The position numbers were made by a program, and so were the translations under genes. The notes beneath the pieces are model-generated. The model worked only from the letters and a program-made list of their open reading frames with translations, had not been told where the DNA came from and searched no databases. A stretch of DNA of 64,000 nt, from positions 4,712,001 through 4,776,000 of the forward strand of contig OZ218950.1 in the NCBI GenBank assembly GCA_965112735.1, read 5' to 3'. Position 1 is the first letter of the stretch. Each line of letters starts with the position of its first letter. Positions 49,863-63,397 of this stretch are shown piece after piece. The stretch is from Phaeosaccion multiseriatum (Eukaryota > Protista > Ochrophyta, other classes).

Positions 49863-52199
49863 GTGCCGAGGAGCGAGTCCCAAGTTGGCACGCCCCTCCC
49901 GCTGCCACAGCTCTTGCCCCTTGTGTTGACTGCCAGCCAGGCACTCCCGCCCCCCTCCAGCCCGGCGTTCTCGCTCAGCAGCTTAGCAAAATACTCGCGA
50001 AATAGCTGGAGGGGGGGGGGGAGAAGCGGAGAAGCAGGAGCAGCAACAGCAGTTGGTGATACAGCAGCAGACAGCTCGACTCTCTACGCTGCGACTCACT
50101 CTGTGTGTCCCTCAGTGCTTCCTCCACCCCGCTCTCCTCCCTCTCCTCCTCCTCCGCCTCCTCCTCCTCCTACCCCACCACCACCACCACCTCCTCCTCC
50201 TCCTCCTCCTCCTCCTCCTCCTTCTTCTTCTTCTTCTTCTTCTTCTTCTTCTTCTTCTTCTTCTTCTTCTTCTTCTTCTTCTTCTTCTTCTTCTTCTTCT
50301 TCTTCTTCTTCTTCTTCTTCTTCTTCTTCTTCTTCTTCTTCTTCTTCTTCTTCTTCTTCTTCTTCTTCTTCTTCTTCTTCTTCTTCTTCTTCTTCTTCTT
50401 CTTCTTCTTCTTCTTCTTCTTCTTCTTCTTCTTCTTCTTCTTCTTCTTCTTCTTCTTCTTCTTCTTCTTCTTCTTCTTCTTCCTGTACCATACCTTTGAG
50501 TTTGAAGGCTTCCACAGCCACCCTTCCCTTGCTGCCCTCCCTCCTTCCTCCTCCCACTCCTCTGCCAAGTTCCCATCCTCGGTGGCCACGCCTATAACAG
50601 ACACTTGCGCCAGCCCAAGCCTCCTCCTGTACACTGCCGCCTCTCGCACAGCCTCAGCCAATGCAGCGGAGGGCGCGTAGAGTGCGACAAAGCTCCTCTG
50701 CAGCCATGGGGACAGGCGGGGGCGGAAGGGAGGGTGAAGAGAGGGGGGGTGGAGAAGAGCACATGGGCGTATTCACTACACCACCCACTGCACCACACTC
50801 TCATCCAACCCTCTCTTGCTGCAACCAGCCCCCCCCAAAGCCCCTTTTGCTTCTGTCGTTCCCCTTGGTGTTGTTGCTTGCCTTCTCACTCCGACCTTGT
50901 GTGTGTGTCTCCCTCATCCATCCATCCATCTATCCCTCCCTCCCTCCCTCCCTCCCTCCCTCCCTCCCTCCCTCCCTCCCTCCCTCCCTCCCTACCACCT
51001 TTACATACCTTTCCCCTGAGATCCCTCAGCCGAAACGTCCTCCGTCCGCCCGACATGGGGTCCTCGTAAGTCACGGAAAGCTCCGACAGCTCCGCTTCTC
51101 TGTCCATGCGAGCCAAACGACGCGTGCGGCTGGATCTGAGGGGGCAAGGCAAGGGCAAGGTAGGAAGGGAGGGCGTTTGAAACTTGAAACCGCTCGTGCT
51201 CCTTTCTTCTTCTGAGCGTGTCTTCGTCTCCTCCATCTCAGGGTGCCTGGTCGCTGCTGCTCCCCTTCGACGTCTTCCTCCGTCGCTGTGCGTCTCACCT
51301 CTCTCGCCAAAAGAGCCCACCCGAGAACACCGTGGTCACAGCCCCTGCAACCAGCCCTGTGGTGTCTAGCTCCGCCCCTAGTGCATCTGCCAGCAGGGGA
51401 GAGCACGCCCCCAAGGCAGTGAAGAACAAGCAGAGCAAGATGCCTGCGAGGGGAGGAGGGGAGGGGGCAGGGGTGAAGAGAGACACCCCAGGAAGAGGGG
51501 CGGTCAAGGTTGAAGAGAGACAAGGTAGAAAGAAGGGCGGTCAACTTCCACCAGACGGGGTGGGGAAGAGGTCGCAATCAATCCCAACACACAAAGCCGA
51601 AGTTTCACCATCACTCGGCCGCTATGTAGACGCGCTGTTCGTCGTACGGCATGCAAGGGACTTACGTATCGGCTCGCTCTGGTTGGTGAGGAGGAGGGGA
51701 GGAAGGAAGGAAGGAGCAGTCGGGAATCGAGGGGCAGTGTTATGAAGACCAGAGGCGAGGGCGCGAGGGGGAGAGGAGCACGTGGAGTAGAGGGAAGTTG
51801 TGGTGTTGTTTCCCGTAGGCTCCACAGCACTGCTTCCCGTACGATCCAGCTCACCTGATTGGCGTTGGCGTAATTAACAAGCGCCTCCCTCCGGAACTGC
51901 CGAAGAGAAAGGAGGTCAAACTGCTGCTTCTGCAAGTACTCATCTCTTTGGTTCTGCTCCCCTCCCCCACCTCTATATTGACGGCATATAGAGCTGCGAC
52001 CCCTCCTAGCCGTCGTACTAACTCTGCTCAGGCATCCTGCTCCAAGCCTTCCTGAAGGGGGCCGCCATGCTCCAAGCCTTCCTCCTGCCTTGGGCCCTGC
52101 TGCGCCCGGCCCTGCACCCAAAAGGAAGCAGGAGCAAGAGCAGCAACTAAATGCTATCAGGAGGAGGCACAGGAGCCCTTCGCTCCGTGCCAGAGCCAT
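47900..52199 (-). CDS. Plastid-targeted LPA1/DUF3493-like membrane protein fused to a SnoaL/NTF2-like domain, with a C-terminal CDCRGC motif
   Basis: Exons approx. 52199-51855, 51678-51666, 51443-51299, 51136-51009, 50696-50494, 50006-49862, 49537-49465, 49221-48942, 48232-48126, 47933-47900. Signal peptide ..CSCSC-FLL, two TMs, RLARMDREAELSELSV..LRDLRG, GKSCGSGRGVPTW..FPPLD, AFYAALTTGDVDGMKALW..WKLLEH. Several internal boundaries are approximate. Confidence 0.72.
48444..48858. repeat. 26-bp minisatellite (~15 copies), intronic
   Basis: Unit CCATCCACCCACTGCCCCATCTACTG. Confidence 0.92.
50190..50482. repeat. (CCT)n + (CTT)n microsatellite, intronic
   Basis: Long pure trinucleotide run. Confidence 0.95.
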
Positions 52200-52440
52200 C
52201 TTACAAAGTTCTAGTTTTTCTCGCTGACTGGATCTCTGCTGTGAAAGTCAAAGTGATTGCTGATGCTGCTGATGGATTGTTAAAGGTGAATGGTTTAAAT
52301 CAAATCGAGAGGATTGTGGATTTGTGAGGAGAAGGAAGAGAGGAGGGGTGAAAACTACAAGGGTGGTGACCGTGAATCACCGTAACATCAGCGGCAGCGG
52401 TGGCAGCAGGAGCTGCAGCAGCAGCACCCTGATTAGACAG

Positions 52441-54847
52441 ATGCAATCCACGCCTGTGGGAGGGGCGGTAGTAGCACCGGAAGGTGAGAAGCAAAAGAGG
52501 AATATGTGGATGGCAAATGATGATCTGCAGCCACGCCCAAAGGGGCATTTGCGAGAGACCACCATCTTGAATTGAAAAAATTGTTATTGGTAAGGATCCA
52601 GCGAGCAGGCAGCAACACGATCTCCTAGTTTGGAGTAGTGAAATAATGCTCCCTCTCACCCTGACCCTCACCCTAACCCTCTGTTGCACGCTCTCTTGCA
52701 CCGTGTTTTTCCAGCAGGTGCTGCGGGTGCGGCACAAAAGGTTGAGGCGCTGGCCTTTTCGCCCCCCCCCGCGCTTGCCCCGGCGGCGACGCTGCCCTCG
52801 TATCCCGAGGCGTCCGTCCCAGCAGCAGCCCCTCCTGCAGCCGCACCAACGCCGCAAGCCGTGCTTGCCGAAGCAGTCGAGACAAGGGACATCGCGCGCA
52901 TCGTTCTCGTGCTTGAAGACGCGAACTTGCTGGACCTGAAGCAGGACGAGGGCATCGGGGCAGGGGGGGAGGACGGCGTAGACTATGCGGCGGAAAGCCC
53001 TCAGCTCCGCTTTTCGGAGGCTGTTGAGGCTGAGGCTGCTGATGCCTCTGCTGATGCTTCTGCTGACGCTTCTGCTGGTGCTGGTTCTGGAACCGTCTTA
53101 GACCCCAAGTTGGTCCGAGATGCCGCGGTGCTCTTCCGCGAGTGGCAGCAGAAGATCGCCGACGGCGACAAGCTCGACGTGTGGTAAGAAGAGTATGAAG
53201 GGGCAGAGAAAGGGACAGCTCGATGGAGGGAGGGGAGGGGAGGGGAGGGGAAGGAGGCGGTGCGGAAGTGTGCCCATCACTCCCTCACTCTGCCGCCCTG
53301 CCTCCCCCCTTACCCCTCCTCCCCTCTGCCCCTCCCCTCCCCTCCCCTCCACTCCCCAGGGCCCGTTCGGAAAGTCGCTGGTATGACTCCAAGATCGTGT
53401 TGAGCACCCCTGCCACGCTCAAGGTGCACTTCCTCGGCTGGGGATCCAAATACGACATAGACATCTCCAGGTAATGTGTGTGAGTGTGTGTGTGCGTGTG
53501 CGTGTGTGTGTGTGCGCGCGCGTGTGTGTGTGCGTGTGTGTGCGCGCGTGTGTGTGCGCGCGTGTGTGTGTGTGCGTGTGTGCGCTGTGTGTGTGTGAGC
53601 GCGCGCGTGTGTGTGTGTGTGCGCGCGTGTGTGTGAATGTGTGTGTGTTTTTTGCGTATTTGAGGGGCCTCGTCTATACCCAACTTTCCGCGAGAACCTT
53701 CATAGGCCATCAATGAGTTGTCCAGAAGAAGCGTGCTGCTGTCACACAATATGATCTGAGTCGAGGACATCGAGGACTCTGTGTGTGCTACGGCTACCTG
53801 TCTCTCCGCCTCCGACTCCTCCTCCTCCTCCTCCTCCTCCTCCTCCTCCTCCTCCTCCTCCTCCTCCTCCTCCTCCTCCTCCTCCTCCTCCTCCTCCTCC
53901 TCCTCCTCCTCCTCCTCCTCCTCTCCTCCTCCTCCTCCTCCTCCTCCTCCTCCTCCTCCTCCTCCTCCTCCTCCTCCTCCTCCTCCTCCTCCTCCTCCTC
54001 CTCCTCCTCCTCCTCCTCCTCCTCCTCCTCCTCCTCCTCCTCCTCCTCCTCCTCCTCCTCCTCCTCCTCCTCCTCCTCCTCCTCCTCCTCCTCCTCCTCC
54101 TCCTCCTCCTCCTCCTCCTCCTCCTCCTCCTCCTCCTCCTCCTCCTCCTCCTCCTCCTCCTCCTCCTCCTCCTCCTCCTCCTCCTCCTCCTCCTCCTCCT
54201 CCTCCTCCTCCTCCTCCTCCTCCTCCTCCTCCTCCTCCTCCTCCTCCTCCTCCTCCTCCTCCTCCTCCTCCTCCTCCTCCTCCTCCTCCTCCTCCTCCTC
54301 CTCCTCCTCCTCCTCCTCCTCCTCCTCCTCCTCCTCCTCCTCCTCCTCCTCCTCCTCCTCCTCCTCCTTCCCCTCCCACTTCCTCTCTCCTCCTCCTCGC
54401 TCCCTCAACTGCTCAACCCCGTTACATACCTCCCCGAACCCCATCCACAAACAGATATGACGTGGGCACCGCCCCACTCAACACACACACCAAGGCTAGA
54501 AAGAAGGCCGTCCGCAAGAACACCGGACCCACCATGCACGATGAAGTCATAATGGTCAACGAGGAGGGAAGAGTGCTCAAGGTCAGAGGCGCGCACGAAC
54601 CCGAGCAGGCCGAGGAGGAGCTGGTGGAGGGGGGTGGGGTCAAAGCCAACAAGTACGGGAGGAAGATCAAAGTGGCCGTGCCGGAGCCGGAGAGCACGAG
54701 GGCGAGAGTCAGCAGAGCCAAGAAGGAGGACGAGGTATGGGAGGGGCCTGCGGGGCTGGTGGAGTGTGGGGGTGTGGGGGGGTGTGTGGGTGATTCACTG
54801 CTCAACTAACTCACTGACTGACTGACCGACTGACTGACTGATTGACA

Positions 54848-54904
<57 letters not shown>

Positions 54905-56766
54905 CAGGATGCCCCCTGTGCCATGTGCAACGAGCTGCATGGCACTATGATCTTCTGCGACGGGCCGTGCCACAGGAACTTCCATCTGCACTGCGTGGAT
55001 CTCGAGGTGAGGGGTGAGGGGTGAGGGGTGAGAGAGGAAGGGCATCTGTTGCCATCGTGTGACTCTTTGTGGGGCAGCTAGTAGAGGGGATGGCAGTGGA
55101 AGGGGATGGCAGTGTAAGGCACGGCAAAGGAGGGAGGATGGCAGTGGAGGGGGGATGGTAGCTCAGCCCATGCGGTTGGTCGGTTGGTTGGTTTGCGTTG
55201 ATTGTGTTGGTTGGTTGGTTGTTTGGTTGGTTTGTGTTGGTTGGTTGGTTGGTTGGTTGGTTGGCTGACTCCCCGCCGCTCTTTCTCTCTTCATGTCTCA
55301 GGAGCCCCCCCCCGAGGAGGAGGCGTGGGTGTGCGACGACTGTGAAAAGGGGGAGCATACCTGCTGGGAGGTGCGAGGAGAGAGGGATGGATGGATGGAT
55401 GGATGCAAGCACACGTTTGGCGCCCCTCTGTCGTATGTTTTCTTTCTGTGCTTTGCACCTCCTTCAATTCCTCGCTCCCTTGTTTTTTCCATTCATGTGC
55501 AGTATGTATTTGTGGGTGCTGTTTCCCTCCCCTCCCCTCCCCTCTCACTCTCCCTCTCTATCTCTTACCTCTGTTGTCTTTTTATAACCCATAACCCTCT
55601 GGTTTGGGGTGGCGAATGTCGATACGCAGTGCGGTGATGTGGGCAAGGATGGGGAGCTCTCTGGTGGTGTGTTTCAGTGCTCCGTGCCGCGCTGCTACCG
55701 CTTTTACCACATCACTTGCGTAGAGCTCTCTCCCACCGCACAGATCACCAGGAGAGGAGGGGTGGTGGCCGCAGTAGATGACGAGACAGATAGAGGAGAC
55801 AGCAGCAGTGGCACTACAGGAGAGAGCGGCAGTAACGGCAGTAGCGGCAGTAGCGGCAGTGAAGGTGGGGATGGCAGCAGCAGCAGCGACAAGACGAGAA
55901 ACGGTGCGAGGGGCCATGATCATCACAACGGGAACGGGTACTGCGGCAGTAGGAAAAGCGGGCAGGAGGGACAGCGGAAGCAAGCGAAGCAGCAGGATAT
56001 GCCTTCGTTCAAGTGCGGCTATCACTTGTGTGCAACCTGCGAAGGCGGGTGAGTGGGGGGGAGTCGGTCGATCGGTCAGTCGGTCCGGTCCCACCAGGCA
56101 GCCAGTCAGCCTGTCAGCCAGTCAGCCAGCCAGTCCCTGAGGGAGTGAGTTGAGTCGATTCGTCCACCCCCTCCCCTCCCGTCCCTTCCGCCCCTCCCTC
56201 CTCACCCTCCCACCCCCCATAAGCCTAACGTCACCCTCTATCCTTCATTCCCGTATACCCCACACGTACTACCAACCAACCAGTGTGGCAAGGACGTCCG
56301 GCAACTACCGTCCGTCTGCCAGCCGCCAGCCCAACAAGCTTCTCTGTCTCAAGTGCCCCCGGGCCTATCATCACAAGTGCGTGCCCCCCTCGGCCACACG
56401 CATTGGCGACATTGGCGTGCTATGCCCAAGGCATCCCCTCTCGGAGGTACCCGCCCTCATGAATATTGTGACCATGGTGAGTGGGTTGGAGGGTTTGAAG
56501 TACAGTGGGACAGGCCAAGAGGAAGGGGAGGGGAGAGGAGAGGGAGGGAGGGCGAGAGAGAGAGGAGGTGGAACAGGCAGAGAACGAGGAGAAAGAGGGG
56601 GGAGTCGGTGGAACACACGGAGAAAGGGAGAGAGACGTGTGCGTCCGTGTGGTGCCTCGACGTTACGACAGTTACGACAGTTACGACACACCTCACCTCC
56701 CTCCCTCACACGTACACACTTGTTATCTTGTATTAACCCACGTCCTTACCCTCTTAGACGGCGGAG

Positions 56767-56802
<36 letters not shown>

Positions 56803-59662
56803 AGAGGGTGGGCGGGTAGTGGTGATACAGGAGCAGCAGCAGCGGGGGCGAACAGCAGCGAGACGGAAGCGTTGTCCAAGAAGCTCAAAGTGACCCCATT
56901 GCTACATGCTGCCCTCGTTTTGCCACGCCTACCGCCCAGTGCGGACAAGGAGGCTGATCCCGCTCACTTCCGCCTTCCCCTCGCCATTCTGGATGAGTAC
57001 AACAGCAAACCGCCGCCCTATCAGGTTAGGTTCAGAGGGTAGGGTATAGTGTAGGGTAGGGTAGGGTAGGGTAGGTTGGAGGGTAGGGTATGGGGTAGGG
57101 TAGGGTATAGGGTAGGATATGGGGTAGGGTAGGGTAGGGTAGGGTAAGGTAGGGAAGGGTAGGGTGGGGTAGGGTAAGGTAGGGAAGGGTAGGGTACGGT
57201 GGGGTAGGGTACGGTGGGGTAGGGTAGGGTAGGGTAGGGAAGGGTAGGGTATGGGGTAGGGTATGGGGTAGGGTATGGGGTAGGGTAGGGTATAGGGTAG
57301 GTTGGAGGGTAGGGTAGGGTATAGGGTAGGGTATGGGGTAGGGTAGGTTGGAGGGTAGGGTATGGGGTAGGGTAGGGGCAGCAGCAGGCAGTGCGACAGG
57401 CAGGTAGGCAGGCAGAGAGAGGGGAAGAGAGCGAGAGACAGACAGACAGACAGACAAGACCGACCATAACCCCGCAGAGCACTCCTCCTCCTCCCCCTCC
57501 TGCTCCTCCTCCTCCTCCTCCTCCTCCTCCTCCTCCTCCTCCTCCTCCTCCTCCTCCTCCTCCTCCTCCTCCTCCTCCTCCTCCTCCTCCTCCTGCTGCT
57601 GCTGCTGCTGATGATGACCCCCCACCCTCCCTGCCCACACACGTGCAGAGCCTGGGCGGGCTGCAATACCACATCAAGGTGCAGCGCAAGGACGCAACCT
57701 ACGAGAGCTGTAACTGTGGGACGATGTGTTTGCCCGACGAGTGCATCAATCGCATGCTCAAGGTAGAGTGCGTGTCCGCGAAAGAGGGCAAGAAACCCTC
57801 CAACTCAAAGGTGAGGGAGGGAGGGAGGGAAGGGAACGGAGGGAGGAGAGGGGAGGGAAGGGAGGGGAGGGAAGGGAGGGAGGGAGGGGAGGGAGGAAGG
57901 AAGGGAGGGGGGGAGGGGAGGAGGGGGGGAGGTAGGGAGAGAGGGAGGGAGAGAAGGAGAGGGAGGGAGAGAGAGAGGGAGAGAAGGAGAGGGAGGGAGA
58001 GAGGGAGGGAGAGAGGGAGGGAGAGAAGGAGAGGGAGGGAGAGAGGGAGGACAGTGGTGTGCACGCTCCTGTTTGTGTGTCTCTGTAGAGGAGGGAGACT
58101 CGAGTAGTCCCCACCCCACCCCACCTGCTGCTGCGTGGATTGTTAGGTTGATTCCTCCAAGTCGATGTATCCCCCCACCAACCCACCTCACCTCTCTGCC
58201 GTGTACATGCATGGTTCTGACTGCATGTCGCATGTCGCCTGAACTTTTCTCTCTCTTTGCAACATGTCCTGTATCTCTCAATCATTGCGAATCAGTACGA
58301 GAATTGCCGCGCGTCGGCTGGACACGAGTGTGGGAATCGGCAGCTCCAGACCAGGGTCACGGTACGTCCGTCGCCCAAACAAACCCTCCCCACCCCACCC
58401 ACCCCCCCCCCGCTTGTGGAGGAGCGGCCCACATCATATGTCATGAAGCGTGTGTGTGTGCCATCACCCGTAGATGGCGCTAAACCCCCACCCCCCTCCC
58501 CTTCCCCTCCCCTCCTCTCCTCTCCTCTCCTCTCCTCTCCTCTCCTCTCCTCTCCTCTCCTCTCCTCTCCTCTCCTCTCCTCTCCTCTCCTCTCCTCTCC
58601 TCCCCCCCCCCCTGCTTGTACCCAGCCCCAATTCGTGCCGTTTCGTGAGCCTGGCATGGGGTGGGGTCTCAAGTCACCCGAGAACATACGCTGCGGTCAG
58701 GTACGCTCTCTGTACGCTGCTTCGTATCACCAACCACATCACGGCACATACGCACACACATACACACACCACACATGTACACATGCACACATGCACACAT
58801 GCACACATGCACACACATGCACACATACACACGCACACACATACCACCCACGCACACACACACGTACACACACACCACACACGCACACGGCACTGCACTG
58901 TCTGTATACATGTATGCCATCCTTCCTTCCTTCCTTCCTTCCTTCCTTCCTTCCTTCCTTCCTTCCTTCCTTCTCTCCTTCCTTCCTTCCTTCCTTCCTT
59001 CCTTCCTTCCTTCCTTCCTTCTCTCTTTCCTTCCCTCTTTCCTTCCCTCCTTTCTTCCTTCCTTCCTTCCTTCCTTCCTTCTCTCCTTCCTTCCTTCCTT
59101 CCTTCCTTCCTTCTTTGCACAGCAGACCGCAACCCCCCTCCTTTCGGCGCCGCTCTTACCTTTTCCGAACCCGCCGGTCTGTCTGCCTGCCTGCCTGCCT
59201 GCCCGCCTGTCTGTCTGTCTTGTCTGCCTACCGGCCTGCCTCCCCTCCCTCCCTTGCCCCCCCTCCTCCCCCTCGCAGCTCGTGATTGAGTACGTGGGCG
59301 AGGTCATTTCAGAGGAGACGGCGCACGAGCGCTTGAGGCAGCAGGTGCGTGTGTGCGTGTGTGCGTGCGTGGTGCGTGCGTGCGAGGCTTCTCTTGTTGC
59401 TGGCGTGTTCCCTTCCTTCCTTCCTTCCTTCCTTCCTTCCTTCCTTGTTTGCTTGTTTGTTTATTTGTTTGTTTGCTTGTTTACTTGCTCCCTTCCCTTC
59501 CTTTTGAATTGCCAGCCGCGATGAGGATGGCCTCATTCATCATATGCATCTGCTCAACCCTCAACGTACTCCCTCCACGCGACACACACATCCACACGCG
59601 CACACACGCACTCACATACACACACATACACCCACACCCACACACACACCCACACACACACC

Positions 59663-59694
<32 letters not shown>

Positions 59695-62009
59695 CACACA
59701 CACACACACACCCACACACACACACACATGGCAGGCCAAGTACCGGCCTAATGACCACGACCACTACATCATGGAGCTTGAGAGCGGCATCATGGTGGAC
59801 GCCAAGGTGGGGAGGGGATGGGAGGGAGAGAAGGGAAGGGAAGGGAAGGGAAGGGAAGGGAAGGGGCCATTTCAATTTATTTCACCTCACGGAGGGGGGC
59901 AGATGCAGGGCAGGGGGAAGCAGCGTTTCTGGAAGGAATGACTTGGGCTGACCTTTGGGCACGTCTGCTCGTCTGCCTGGTCGTCTGTGTGCTTGTTTCT
60001 CTGCTGCACACGTGCCGCCACAGTTCAAGGGGAATGTCAGTCGCCTCATCAACCACAGGTCCGTGAGTAAAGGAGGGGAGGGAGGGAGGGAGGGAGTCAG
60101 TGAGTCAGTGAGTGATTGAGTCAGCAGTCAGGCAGTCGATCAGTGAGTGAGTGAGCGGGCCCTCCCCACACGCACGCACGCACGCACGCACAGCCAGGAG
60201 GAGTGCGTATTCGTCGAGCCTGTCCTCTCACCCTCTCCTCTCACCCTCTCCTCGTGCCTCTCTCTCTCTCTCCTACCCCCTCCTTGTGCCTCTCTCTCTC
60301 ATTCTCTCTCTCTCCGTGTACTGCCTCAGCTGCGATCCTAACTGCGAGCTGCAGCGCTGGAATGTCAACGGTTACATACGGATTGGAATCTTCGCCATCA
60401 AGGATGTGCCCATGGTGAGGAGGGAGGACTTATGGCGGCCTGCACGGGTGGCGCGAATGCTTGAACGAAGGAAGAAGAGAAGGAAGAAGACACACTCACT
60501 CACTCACTCACTCACTCACTCACTCACTCACTCACTCACTCACTCACTCACTCACTCACTCACTCACTCACTCACTCACTCACTCACTCACTCACTCACT
60601 CACTCACTCACTCTCACTCACTCACTCACTCATACCTTCGCTTCTGTCGAACCCCTTGTGCTCTGTACCTCCTTCTGCGCCACGTACGTGTGCATGCGTG
60701 CGTGCGTGTGTGTCCCTTCCTCCCTCTCTCCTTCCCTCCTCTCTCTCCCTCCCTCCCTCCCTCCCTCCCTCCCTCTCTCCCTCCCTCAGGGCGTGCCTCT
60801 GTCGTACGACTACCAGTTCCACACCAGCGACGACACTGAGTTTGTGTGCAGATGCGACTCATACAACTGCAGAGGGACTCTCGCCCCCAAGCGAAGGGTG
60901 AGTAAGTGACTGGGCGAGCGAGTGGGCGGCGGGGTGGGGTAGGAAAGCTGAGCAGGGAGAGCTGAGCTGAGCTGTATCACCAACTGACCCTCCCACCCAC
61001 CCACCCACGCACCCACCCACCGGGCTTTCTCTTCTCCTCTTGCCTTCCTTCCTTCCTTCCTTCCTTCCTTCCTTCCTTCCTTCCTTCCTTCCTTCCTTCC
61101 TTCCTTCCTTCCTCCTCCCTCCTCCCTCCTTCCTTCCTTCCTTCCTTCCTTCCTTCCTTCCCTCCTTCCTTCATTCCTTCCTTCCTTCCTTCGTTCCTTC
61201 CTTCCTTCCTTCCTTCCTTCCTTCCTTCCTTCCTTCCTTCCTTCCTTCCTTCCTTCCTTCCTCCTTCCTCCTCCCTCCTTCCTTCCTTCCTTCCTTCCTT
61301 CCTTCCTTCCCTCCTTCCTTCATTCCTTCCTTCCTTCGTTCCTTCCTTCCTTCCTTCCTTCCTTCCTTCCTTCGTTCGTTCCTTGCTTCCTTCTTTCTTT
61401 CCTTCCTTCCTTGCTTCCTTCGTTCCTTCCTTCCTTTGTTCCTTCCTTCCTTTGTTCCTTCCTTCCTTCCTTCCTTCCTTCCTTCCTTCCTTCCTTCCTT
61501 CCTTCCTCCTCCCTCCTTCCTTCCTTCCTTCCTTCCTTCCTTCCTTCCCTCCTTCCTTCATTCCTTCCTTCCTTCGTTCCTTCCTTCCTTCCTTCCTTCC
61601 TTCCTTCCTTCCTTCCTTCGTTCGTTCCTTGCTTCCTTCTTTCTTTCCTTCCTTGCTTCCTTCGTTCGTTCCTTCCTTTGTTCCTTCCTTCCTTCCTTCC
61701 TTCCTTCCTTCCTTCCTTCCTTCCTTCCTTCATTCCTTCCTTCCTTCGTTCCTTCCTTCCTTTGTTCCTTCCTTCCTTCCTTCCTTCCTTCCTTCTTTCC
61801 TTCCTTCCTTCCTTCCTTCCCTCCTTCCTTCCGTGTATGGCATGACAGGGTGCGGGTGATGAGGAGAGCACGGACCCCATGCTGCTCAAAGGCGCCGCAC
61901 GCAAAGACATGCTCAGGAAGAAGGAGAAGGTAAGGAAAAAGGGAGCAAAGAAGCATGGGGGGGGGGGGCTGTTTTCTCGGGAGCAAACAAGGATGGGGAG
62001 GGACGCGCG

Positions 62010-62070
<61 letters not shown>

Positions 62071-62927
62071 TGTTGTGTCGTGTGTGTTGTGTCGTGTGTG
62101 TGTGTGTGTGTGTGTGTGTGTTGTGTCGTGTGTGTGTGTGTTGTGTCGTGTGTAGAGTTGAGATCGTGTCGAGAGCGTGGGTGAGAGCGCGGCCTTGAGG
62201 GGTAGGGGTAGCCCCTCTCGCCCAAAAGCCTGTGCTCCTTTGTTCACATTCATCTTCCCCACGACACGCACACTCCAGGCCCGCCGCGAAGTGAAGCACA
62301 AAGTGCAGATGTGCCCACTCTGCCCTCCTCCCGCCGCCCCTTGGCCATACACACCCGTACGCCGGTGTTTGCCCATATACCTGTGTTCTTACGCCCATAC
62401 TCTCCCTCTCTTCCTTCACTCATGCCTCTACTCAGGAGGCATTGCGGCTGTGCCAGAAGGAGGAGAACGACCGCGTGGCCGACCGAAGGCGCTTGAACCT
62501 CACGGGCAAGACTCTGCCTGGCGACGCCACGCAAGACGTTAAGGTATGGTACCAAGTATTAAGGCGGGGATGGGGGGCGGGAGGGGGAGAGGAGAGGAGG
62601 AAGGGCAGCTGCGAGGAGAGGAAAGGAGGCGTGGCACATGTCCTGGTCCTCCCCCTGCTGCTGGTGTATCGCCAACTGCCAACTGTCGCCTCTGACCCTG
62701 CCCTTGCTGCTCTGGTTGTTGTCGCCATCGCTGTCGTGTGGTGTGGTTGTTGTCGCTATCCGCTGTCGTTTGCTTGTCACAGGCCGGACCGAACAAGAAG
62801 TTCTTCATGTTCGCCAGGGAGGTGAGGAAAAGAAGCAAAAAAGAGGGAGAGGGAAGGGAAGTGGGGGAGGAGGGAGGCGGGGAGAGAGAGGCAGAGGCAC
62901 AGGTAAAGGCAGGGGGAGAGGGAGGAG

Positions 62928-62978
<51 letters not shown>

Positions 62979-63397
62979 CTCGCTCCTGACATTCCACACT
63001 CCCCCCCCACCGCCCCACTCACTCACTGCCTGTCCATCCCCCTCCCCCTCCCCCCGCCTCGCAGACAAAGGTCTTCCTGCCTCGAGCAGCAAAGAAAGGC
63101 GCACAGATGCTCAAGAGGCGTCAGCTGCTGCTGAACAAGATACAAAAGGGAAAGAGGAAGAGGCAGAAGACGCAGGCGGAGCAGGAGGAGCGGCAGGAGC
63201 GGGAGGAGAGGGAGAGGGAGAGGGAGAGGGGCAGGGGCAGGCATGCGGTGGCGTCAGCGTCCCTTGGGGCAGCTTCGTCAGCTTCGTCAGCTTCGTCAGC
63301 TTCGTCAGCTTCGTCAGCTTCGTCAGCTTCGTCAGCTTCGTCAGCTTCGTCAGCTTGCGGTGATGAGAGCAGCAAGAGGGCGCGGGTAGCCGAGTAG
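52441..63397 (+). CDS. NSD/ASHR3-like histone-lysine N-methyltransferase (Tudor-knot/chromo-barrel, PHD fingers, AWS, SET, post-SET)
   Basis: About 21 exons. [19 protein letters not shown] (53360-53470), [26 protein letters not shown] (54908-55370), [43 protein letters not shown]|[21 protein letters not shown]. Start exon is less certain. Confidence 0.92.
53816..54366. repeat. (CCT)n microsatellite, ~550 bp, intronic
   Basis: Near-pure trinucleotide run. Confidence 0.95.
57035..57375. repeat. (GGGTA)n G-rich repeat, intronic
   Basis: Degenerate pentanucleotide run just after the donor at ~57025. Confidence 0.9.
61040..61830. repeat. (TTCC)n microsatellite, intronic
   Basis: ~790-bp degenerate tetranucleotide run. 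Confidence 0.95.

Noticed and set aside
49674-50680. Poly-S/F/K/E/R ORFs
   Set aside because: Translations of (CTT)n and (CA)n intronic microsatellites; only short parts are real exons.
53285-54552. Long poly-G/P/S/L/E ORFs
   Set aside because: Translations of an intronic (CCT)n tract.
60977-62376. EGRK / PSFL repeat ORFs
   Set aside because: (TTCC)n intronic microsatellite.
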